Assembly: GCF_003918875.1 (NCBI RefSeq)
Contig: NW_025765333.1
Location: 62,001-126,000, forward strand
Length of the DNA: 64,000 nucleotides
From: Haliotis rubra
Taxonomy: Eukaryota
Reading direction: 5' to 3'
Shown: positions 54,075 to 64,000 of the stretch, piece after piece
How the letters are laid out: each line of letters begins with the position of its first letter
Numbering within the stretch: position 1 is the first letter of the stretch
Made by a program: the position numbers and the translations under genes
Notes under the pieces: generated by a model
What the model saw: only the letters and a program-made list of their open reading frames with translations
The model's database searches: none
What the model was told of the DNA's origin: nothing

Positions 54075-56665
54075 ATGATACAGGTGCACGTATTTACAGT
54101 ACTGCTGTGCGTGAGCGCAGCTTTCGGCGCAGCCTTCAACCCTGACTACTTCCGGTGTCACCTTGACCTCTGTAAACGAGGAGAACAGTACTGTGTGGAG
54201 GAGAGACAACGATGTTACCACTGCGCAGACTTAACTCACCTGTGCAATACAACTGAACTCTCGCGAGACTGTGACAGCTATTGCTATCGTAAGTACACAC
54301 ATACAGTAACTCATAACGGATAAATTCCATTCGTAGAATGTAAGCAATTGTCCGTATGAATTACAAGAAACGATCGTTTGTTTGGCTGATATTAGAATGT
54401 GATTTAATCGACAAATCAGTTGTGGTCTTGAAAGGAAATATGTAGTTCTTAAAAGTTAAGATGGTTTCGCTTGTTGTTTAACGCCGCACTCAGCAATATT
54501 CCATCTATATGGTGGCGGTCTGTAAATAATCGAGTCTGGACCAGACAATCCAGTGATCAACAGCATGAGCATCGATCTACGCAATTTGAATACGATGACA
54601 CATGTCAACCAAGCCAGTTAGCCTGACTACACGATCCCGTTAGTCGCCTTTTACGACAAGCATGGGTTACTGAAGACCAATTCAAACCCGGATCTTCACG
54701 GGTTTATAACTTAAAAAAGCAGTGGTCAAGAGGCCTGTCCCTTGAACATAACTGTCAGCGCTGTACATGTGACTTCAAGTTTCATTAATTTCGGGGATAA
54801 ACGTCAACGACGTGTGTCACCTTCGTTTCTCCAATATATGGATATCAAATTAGGATTAATATAATTCGTAACCACACAGATACAATGTATATGACCATGT
54901 GCATCAATCCTGGGTTATTCACCATCTTTAAAATATAACGATAAAATCGTCTTTGTTATACAACAATGTGATCTCTTTTCAGGGGTTCAATTACAGAACG
55001 TAGTGGAACTTGAAGCAAATAAAAGCGCGGAGTTGGCAGACAGGCAGGCACACCTCCAACAGGAACAACAGAAAAACGCTGATCTGAAACAGACAGTCAA
55101 ACAGCTGGAGAGTAACGTCAGCCGACTCACAACAGTAAACGAGAATCTGAACGCTGAAATAACCAAAGGTGAAAACCTGAAAACAGAACATAAAGGTGAG
55201 ATAGCTGAGTGCTAAATATTGTAACTGTAGGTAATACAATCATTGTTCGTGTGTTCGTGTTATACATCTAGTCACAACAGTCATTGTGGTTCATCATTGT
55301 GTTTCAAAAAAGATAAAACGTGAATATCAAGTCTCGATTATTCAATGAAACAGGTGGCATCAGGTGTTATCTTTAATAACGTATAAACGAATCACATTAT
55401 GAAAACATTGTTGATGAGAGGTTCAAATCAGAATAACCACTCAGGTTGAAAAAGCTAATTTGAACACTTGGGATTCAAATTCAGTTTAATCAACTCTTAA
55501 TTCAGCATTGCAAATATAGTATAACACATAAAAGCACATATTTGTACGATTTCATTAAACATCTCTGATATCTGTTTGTTACAGAGCTGGTGAAACAATT
55601 GAACCAGAGCAAGATCAACTTCATCGTATGTCTAGTGAGTGGAGTGTTCATTGTCATCATTCTGTCAGGGACCATTTGTTGTCTCTATTGTCGGAAAGAA
55701 CGCCATTCAAACTCTATCGGCATAACGCAGTCAGGTAGGAAGAAGTACTCGCTGTATTGAAACCTTGTGAGACCATTTCGAAAGGTTCCATAAATATGAA
55801 ATTAGATTAAATTGTTTGAAGAATTTAATATAAAATATCACGGAAATAATATTTTAAATACCAATCTATTATTGCTCAGAAAATAAAGAGTGATTTCTTG
55901 TCTGATAATGTTACTGAAACATCTTTGCAAAAAATATGTGTAATCGCTTTTTGTTCAGTTACATTTTTGTTGAGATAAAATGTGGTCAATGAATTCGCAT
56001 TACTTTGAACATTACTGCAAACTAAATGCATATTTTTCAAAACGCTTAATGCTTTCGGAAGATATCAGTGGAATTGCCATTAAGGAGACAAAACAAGTTC
56101 TGGTCTGTTCGGAATCAGAATTTTGTGTCTAAACGTTGTATCCTCGTGTAGCTGTTGGTTTGGATAGGACTCATCACAAGTACTCAAAGACACAAAGGCG
56201 TGAATGCACATCGCAATATAGGTGCGGTAATCTGGACGCTGAATCTAATTTTCCCTCCCATACACTTGAGCTTTACATGTCCTTATATTTACAGGGGAGA
56301 TTAAAGGAGAGAACCGTTCCGATCTCGTCCCTTTGATGGACAAATGTGCACACCTTCCCACAGTTTCTCCTGGCCTTACCATCAATGGTGACGTCACTGT
56401 AGAAAGATTGGAGGTTCAGTCACCTGACAAAAACATCGACGATATCAACAGCACTCCTCCGCCAGCATACCAATCGCGTCTTGAAGCGAAGAAGGATAGC
56501 ATAGACATAACCGTGGCAGACAAAAACGACATTAACAAAAGAGAAAATGAGAGAACACCCTCAGTTCTGAAAAATATTCAACCCACTGACAGTTATTCAG
56601 GTAAGAAATACCCCGTTGAGCTGCTGAATCAAATTCAGAATGTCGACAACACCTATCCTCAGTAA
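54075..56665 (+). CDS. Grindelwald/TNFR-like single-CRD type-I membrane receptor A, ~315 aa
   Basis: Exons 54075-54288, 54983-55195, 55585-55734, 56295-56665: all GT-AG, all phase 1, total 948 nt. Signal peptide MIQVHVFTVLLCVSAAFG; 8-Cys domain; coiled coil; TM FIVCLVSGVFIVIILSGTICCLYC; tail with PPPAY. Confidence 0.85.
54470..54703 (-). mobile_element. V-domain-type SINE in intron of receptor A
   Basis: Same family as 11252-11521. Confidence 0.75.
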
Positions 56666-56901
56666 AGGACGTTTGTCTTCTGTATCAAAGGACAAGTGAT
56701 TGTTGGAACTGTGAATTTGTGAAAACTATCATTAGGGAGACAGTATATAAGATCATGCCTACTTTCATATAAACTGACAATGTTCGATGGTTATTCCAGC
56801 AAGAATATGAGTGAGTGGGGTTGAACAGTATGTCAACTATATCGTGGCAGAGTAATGTGTATTAAAAGCCAAAAGTTATGTTGTACTTGGACGTTTACAA
56901 C

Positions 56902-57022
56902 CAGGGGCTCCTTTCACGAAGCATCCTTTACAAAGGTTAACCTTAACTCCCATTCTTTAACATTGCACTAAGGTTACCTTAGCGACTACGATCACCTTAG
57001 TGCTTTGTGAAAGGGGGCCCTG
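56902..57022. mobile_element. Palindromic MITE (Harbinger-like)
   Basis: CAGGGGCTCCTTTCACGAAGCA...TGCTTTGTGAAAGGGGGCCCTG. Confidence 0.7.
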
Positions 57023-59697
57023 GGGCATGTGGCCGACCATTGTGACCCTTTGAGTGTGTAGTCATGAGGACCAACTTACAGTATTCAGTAAGTTTATGAT
57101 ATTTTACATTTTGGTCACAACAGGTGATCCAAATCGCAGGCATGACCAATTTGGTGGAACCAACTGCCACTGATGGCCTGGGTGATGCTAGGATTCGAAC
57201 ATACGGCATAAGTTTCAGGCTATAAGATTAAAGCATCTCTACACAGGATTTGCTGCATTGTAGATGACAACAACAACGGTACCTCGGAGTCGAAAACCTA
57301 GTTACATGTTGTACCTATGTTGGTAAGCGAGTCCTGACTTTTGTGTACAAACCGAATCATCCGTTGTTATACCATGACAGGTTTTTGTGAAGATTTCATG
57401 TACTTTTGTATACGTATTTAACTGAGAATGAATGCTTATATTTACAACATTATGTACAAACGTTACAATAATTTTAATTGTAAGTATGTTTTTGTAGCCA
57501 AGTGGTAATTTATGTTTGATCCCAAATGTTATTCAGTGATTAGATGTTGTCATACATATCATGATTGCTTTAATTGTATGAGTGAGTGAGTGCCGCAGTC
57601 AGCAATATTCCATCTACATGGCGGCGGTCTGTAAATAATCGATTCTGGACAAAACAATCAAGTGGTCAACAGCATGAGTGTAATTGTATGAATGTGATCT
57701 CATTGATGTAGAACTTTGCATTATAGCTTTTAACGCGAATGTGTGCATATACGTGCATATATTGCTGTAATACCACTGACCAGACACTTGAACGCTTGAC
57801 CAATCACAGACCTGCATTAGGTTGTGTTGCACAATGGCGCACGTTCATACAGTAATATGTCCATATCATTCCCTGAACTGTAGCTATTGTTGCTTTCTGT
57901 TTCACCCGGTTGCTTAACATAAATACCTAATGACCGTTGTCGACATGATTTTCTTAAAAACTCCCAGGCTCACTGATAGAGAGTATTCACATTGTTGTTC
58001 ACTCACTAAAAGGATAATCCCTGTCTCCTTCTACAAAAATAAAGGTAATCATAGAGCAGTATTTTCCAAAGCAAGTGGAAATAGGGATAGTCTGTAAAGA
58101 TAGTTGGAATATCCTTTTTGTTTCCAGAGATGCTTTTCACTCAAGATGTGTTTTCCATTTTGATATATTTAAGGTCTTCCAGCCGTGTGGTATCAAGCGA
58201 TGATTACTTCCTCGTGGCCATTATCTTATTCTGTTCAGTTTGTACATTCCGAGATCTGAACAACTCTATGTGTGTGCCCATGTCTATGTCAAGTTCATTA
58301 CATACTGAATGGTTGTGATAAGTCCATGTGTATTTTTATTGATTATGTTATTGTTAATTTCCCTCGGCTTTCAGTTACATTTTCGATGGTTACAAATAAC
58401 TTATTTTTGAATTTGATTAAATATGAAAAGATATAACTACACCCTTTCACTACCGTCTATTTATTTGTTACTTCTGTGAGTAATCCCGGTTGGGTTCAAG
58501 GATGTGAGTCAAGGAACATCAGGCATCTGTGAAGAAAAAAAAGGACGATGATTCTCACGGCAAGGCATTTGTCTGAACGATCTGAATCACAGCTGCTTTA
58601 TTGAATAGTAGTATAGAGGCACTAGTCCTCGTTTGAAAGTGTTTTCTCGAAAGCGGCATTGGAATACGGTTATTATGTCTTCGTTATATGTACAACATGA
58701 AGAATATAAAGAAAAATATGATTTTTAGTATCACACTAGTTCCGTTATAGGATAGGGCAAACCTGGATGTTTCTACACGGCCCCAGCTGGGACTCAAACA
58801 TAGATACTACAGGGTTTACGTGTAGCAATGACGTCGTGCATACAGTTAAACAGTTGAAAAAATAATATCAAAATACGTAAGTGAATGAGTGAGTGTTGTT
58901 TTACGCCGCGTTTAGCAATATAACAGCAATATTAGAAATGGGTTTCACACATTGTACCCACACGGGGAATCGAACCAAGTCTGCTAATCATCTCGTGTGG
59001 ACCCGATCATGCAGTGACTGACATAAGCATCCATCATCCACTTGGGTTATCATGACATCCATCAAAGAAAGTCACCCAGCCTGAACAACCAGCCCCATTA
59101 ACCACCTCTTAAGACCAGCAGGGAATACCGATTCCAACCTGGATATTCACGGGAACCATGAGTGCAAATGAAAACGAACAAAGAAAAAAACATAGTTATC
59201 CAGAAAACACCACTAAAGCCATCTTTTTTAACTAAAGCCCATCGTTCTGCATGAAGGAAACGCTTTGTGAACAGCAGATGCATTAATTCCATGTACAGTC
59301 TTACCTATACAATGAGTAAGTAGAGCGAACGAAGTTTTTACACGACAACATTTCAGTTATATGATGGCTTGTCAGCGAGGTTAATCTGAGAGGAAATCTG
59401 AGGAAGGCCATTGTTCACCAGGAGCACTACCTTGGTGTAGACAAACCCTGATTACAAGTGCTTTGTGAGATTCGAACATACGATCATCAGGAAAAAATAT
59501 GCATTGCAATTATGGGTGTTTAGTCTCTTTAGTTTTAGAAACTTTTACTGATGCCATCAGGGACATTACTTTGTAGTTGTTCATACGTAGGCCACAGGAG
59601 CTGACATACAACTTGCGAAGAGGTCTGGCCTTACACTCAAAGATATGGATGTTTGAAGACAGGAGGAACGTGTTGTGAAATGAGGTTTAACGTCAAA

Positions 59698-59856
59698 TGA
59701 GTGAGTGAGTTTTACGCTGTTATTAGCAATATTCCGCTAAGAGCACGACGGTGGATACCAAAAATGAACTTCACACATTGTACCCATGTGGGGAATCGAA
59801 CCCGTGTTGTCGGCGTGGCGAGCGAACACATTAAGCACTAGGCTACCCCCATCGTC
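59698..59856 (-). mobile_element. tRNA-derived SINE (diverged; partial copy ~58880-58980)
   Basis: Reverse-complement core CACACATTGTACCCATGTGGGGAATCGAACCC. Confidence 0.75.
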
Positions 59857-61084
59857 TCACGACACGTACAAGGCACTGTATTCAAGAAATGTCTCCAGAT
59901 AAATCAATGATTTTCCACGTCATGATTGATTATGAACACTGTGGATATGTTAAGAGAAGGGTAATACCCTCCTCACTCACTCTTTATATCGGCGTTGCAC
60001 ACTAACCCTTAAATACAAAAGCATAGTAAAACAGCTGAAATTGCCATTTCTATGCGAAACAGATCCCCATTTTATCACAATACTAGATTCCTATCTCTCT
60101 ATGGTTAGCTTTGGGAAAAGTAATTGTCCTTTTGCGTCAGGTGAAGTCTCGGCCGATGTCTTGTTGTTATGGATGGGTGTCTTCCACCACTAATGGCGTC
60201 TTAACGTCAACAACAACATCAACAACAAAATAGTTTTTACTTTCTTAAAAAAGCATTTAAAGGTGGATATGATGAACAAGGTTGATAATTGTATTCATAT
60301 GTTGCATTAGTTTTCAAATATAAAACAAGTGAGGACGATATTATCAAAGTAATGATGTTTAATACATATCTCTTCATTATAGAAATAGTATTACTTTGCA
60401 CATGACGTAAAGGCCAGGACTGACGCAAGCTATACAGTCGCTGTTTATATATATCAATAAATATTCATAGTGGAGGATTCGTCAAGGCTAAAAATAGTTT
60501 GGAAAACCACCGCCGTCATGAGATGAGTTGTGGTTAAATTTATCCCGGGACATCTTTACAGACAGTGTATTAGATAAATCGATTGTTTATAAGTTCTCGC
60601 TGTCAGACATGTATCATAGTATAACCCTTATACATTAATATAATACATGTGTTAAAGCTGAAGACAAAATACACCAGTTCCATCATAACTTTCAACCACT
60701 GAATCATTGATCGTATGCATGCTCATGAGCTGGCCGAGCTTCTAAATTTAGTCTGATGTCATACACGGTAACAGATGTAAACACAGGATAAAATATACAG
60801 TACGTCAGGTGCTTGGTCAGTTTGAAATCCTTGCTGGAGGTAGTCAGCTGACTTCTTGGTAGGTTATATCAACTGTATGCAATAAGTTTTGTGAGAACTG
60901 CTATGTGTGTTCATTGATAGATATGCAGGGGAGATTGTGTGGCAATTCCATCCTGGAAGAAGTGGTACCCTTTCGCACACGATTGTTTCTTAATATTTTT
61001 TGTGTGTAATGGTTGTACATTGAATATCTTCATTTTAAATGCAACCCTGTTTTACTTGAATACCGAGAGGAAAAGTGGGATCTA

Positions 61085-61330
61085 ATTCGGTGCGAACACT
61101 ATTCTAGCCATTTCATATGCTGAATGGGAAAACATGTCTGACCAACGAAGTGACGTTGTGTCGTTGTCGACAACGTTTGAACAACGTCGTCACAACGATG
61201 CACGTTTGCAGCATTCTTATAGAACAACGTTTTGTATACGTTATATGATCGTGACAACCCTTTAGTGACATTGTGACATGTTTTCGAGACGTGTATATGG
61301 AGTGTGATATTGTTGTGAAAACGTCAACTT
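61085..61330 (+). repeat. CAACGTTG-rich repeat, direct copy at ~62425-62660
   Basis: GCTGAAT.GGAAAACATG...GATCGTGACAACCCTTTA.TGACATTGTGACATGTT present twice. Confidence 0.75.
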
Positions 61331-61651
61331 TTGATCTTCATTTATAATGCATTTAAATAGAATCAGCTTAAGATGAAATCATTCCTGACAGAAGTGGAGT
61401 GGTAAATAATAGCTAATTCTAGAATCGTTAATCGAAATCGGGCATTTGGAGTTTGCATTTTAAATAATAATTTTTCTGAATGATATGACCATTTGCATTG
61501 CATGGGATAATTTGTTATTGTGATACTTCATGCACACTATTCCATCACAGCTGGAACTGCAATATATAGACGTTTTACACAGACTAGCCAACATTGTTAC
61601 CTGTCGATTTGAGGTATTCCATCACGATTATATTGATCTGTTGTAGAGACA

Positions 61652-63900
61652 ATGTTGACTAAGGACACTGTTCTTTGGGTCATCATTGCTCTACACGTGG
61701 GTGTTGCTGTCGACACCAACTACTTCAAGTGTTACCGGGACTTGTGTCGTCGTGGAGAACAGTACTGTGTGGAGGAGAGACAACGATGTTACCACTGCGC
61801 TGACGTAGCTCACCTGTGCAACACAACTGAACTCTCGCGAGAGTGCGACAGCTATTGCAAACGTAGGTAAAAACTGAGTTAGTTTAATTCTTTTTGTAGG
61901 TGTGATTTGAAAATTTCAGGTGCTTTCAAAATGTTTGGGATTAAATGATAAAATATGTTTATTTTCTGGGTACTGGACAAATATCAACTAAATAGGTGGT
62001 ATCTGAGCATTTGCAAAAATATAATAAATGCAAAACTCTAAATCATTTGACATATGTAAATAAATAATTCTTATAATTTTAAGGAAAATTCGTTTGTTTC
62101 AAAAGGGATTGCACTGGAAGAAATGACAAAGGAGAAAGACAAGGCGTTTTCAGAGGTGAAAACAAAACTTCACAGTGAGCAACAAACATCAGCAAAAATG
62201 AAGATGAAGATCACAAAGTTGAACACGAAGCTGGACCAACTGAATGAATCAAGGAGAGCTCCAGTGGTTTTTGACAGGGGAAATACAAAACGCAAAGCTG
62301 ATCATGAAGGTAAAGTACCTTTTTGCACGCGATTGTATGTTTTAATATTTTTGTATTTCAGTATTTGTTAGACATTGAATATCTTAATGTTAATTGTAAT
62401 TCTGCTTGACTTGAATAGCGATGGGAAAATTCGGTGTTAACACTGTTTCAGCTATTTTATATGCTGAATTGGAAAACATGCCAGACCAACGTTGTAGCAA
62501 CATTGTGTCGTTGTCCACAACGTCTGAACAACGACGTCATAATGATTCACGTTTGCAGCGTTCTTTTTAGGCAACGTTATATGATCGTGACAACCCTTTA
62601 CTGACATTGTGACATGTTTAGAGAAGTTTATATGGAATGAATTATAGTTTTGAGTACGTTATTCAAAAAACTTTCCATGTTTGCCTTGGCGTGACAACAT
62701 TTATGGGACACTATATCATCTAAAAACATTTAATGTTTCCAGCGTATATGTTTTGCTTGTTGTTATGATTGGAATGACATGAACAGAAGACAATGAAATG
62801 TTACAGATGTTGCCAAACAGAATGAGTGGTTGAAGGCCACCCTCACCGGCGTGGGTGCAGCTTGTGGTGTGTTGGGGGTAGTGGTGATTATCCTCACTGG
62901 CGTCATTTGCTGCAAATGTACCCAGAAACAAGATCCTCCTGATGAAGGGAAATCTCCGCTCCCACCTGGTAGGCAGAACAAGCATTGCTGGAATTACACT
63001 CACAGAATCGTCATCGGCAGCAAGATCGAAGATGCAATATATATATAACCATACCTTAGGCTTAGGTGATCAGAGAAATGGCTGAAGTTTCAAAGCTGTT
63101 TTTGTGGATCATTTGAACTAGCGTACGGTAAGAAGTGTCATACTCGGGCCTTCAATAACTTCAGGGCCTCAATATATTTAATGCAAGGTCTATATGAACC
63201 TTGTAGTTGTGTAATTTCATTCGTCACCATCTCGTGTTATTAATGGACAAGCTGAATACCGATTCATGCTTCTCTGGAAGGATTTCACATTGTCGAAATG
63301 ACATCAGTTGGTCAAGAATGAGCTGGTATTGCCTCAGTTTACCGCGATGTATTAGCGCTGGTTAGAAACTTCACGCGTCAAGACGAACGGAAGTATGGTA
63401 AATTAGTTAGAAATAAACATTGCATGTGTTCATCATTGTTAAAGACAATAAATTTTAATGTTTTCATTGACAATGTTCCTATTAGACATCAAACATAACA
63501 TGAATGCAGACTGGTCCTCAAAACAGAACTATAGGTTTGCATGTACGTATAGAAATAGGGTTCAAGAGTGAGACATATGTTTGAAAAGACATGTGCATAG
63601 GGACAAATATCAAAGTATATCAACTCTCATGTGTAATTCCGAATTTCTGTATTCACAGTTCCAGAGAAGGAGAAACTGGTGCCATACCAACTGCTGGATC
63701 AACTTTCTCCCCCGTTGCAAGTTTCAGGAGACTATGTCACCATAGGCACGAAGTCTCATGTTGTCAATTCTGACGGCGTCCACATCTTCAGTGCAGCAAG
63801 ACCGAAGATGCAGTCATCTTGCATCAGCAACATGAACAGCAACAACGGCAATGCACCGCCGGAATATAAGACATATTTGGACAGTGGACATGCTTGTTGA
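61652..63900 (+). CDS. Grindelwald/TNFR-like single-CRD type-I membrane receptor B, ~272 aa
   Basis: Exons 61652-61862, 62106-62309, 62807-62968, 63659-63900: all GT-AG, phase 1, total 819 nt. Signal peptide, the same 8-Cys domain, coiled coil, TM GVGAACGVLGVVVIILTGVICC, tail with PPEY. Confidence 0.8.
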
Positions 63901-64000
63901 AATGCTGTGGAAAAGATGGAAATGGGAAAACGGACGAGGCTCAAAGAACGTCTACTGCCCTGGAACATATTTCTCTATAAGAGGAGATCATGCCATGGAA

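Overview
Eukaryotic, AT-rich, repeat-dense animal DNA. The tRNA-derived SINEs with (ACTC)n tails and V-/Meta-type cores point to a mollusc, probably a gastropod such as abalone (inference). Two gene clusters lie head-to-head. (1) 1-~49.8 kb, minus strand: a tandem array of four copies of a two-exon gene. Each has a signal-peptide exon and one large exon with ~10 EGF-like Cys repeats, a Ser/Thr/Asp linker and a hydrophobic C-terminus resembling a GPI signal. Copies 2 and 4 are intact, copy 3 is a pseudogene, and copy 1 runs off the window and appears to have lost exon 1. (2) 54-64 kb, plus strand: two paralogous type-I membrane genes with four coding exons each, reconstructed by hand from splice sites. 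They encode a signal peptide, a single 8-Cys domain resembling the Grindelwald/TNFR cysteine-rich domain, a coiled-coil stalk, a TM helix and a PPxY-bearing tail. The Cys domains are ~94% identical in DNA while the rest has diverged strongly. Mobile DNA includes a full-length Gypsy-order LTR element with identical 201-bp LTRs ending in non-canonical CG...CG, Tc1 and mariner elements, an RTE-X-like LINE, an R4/Dong-like fragment in (TAA)n, a Penelope-type minimal hammerhead ribozyme, MITEs and three SINE families. There is also a 2.2-kb GCAT/GGCT satellite inside a diverged ~2.3-kb-arm inverted duplication, and three N gaps. All calls are by eye; no searches were run.
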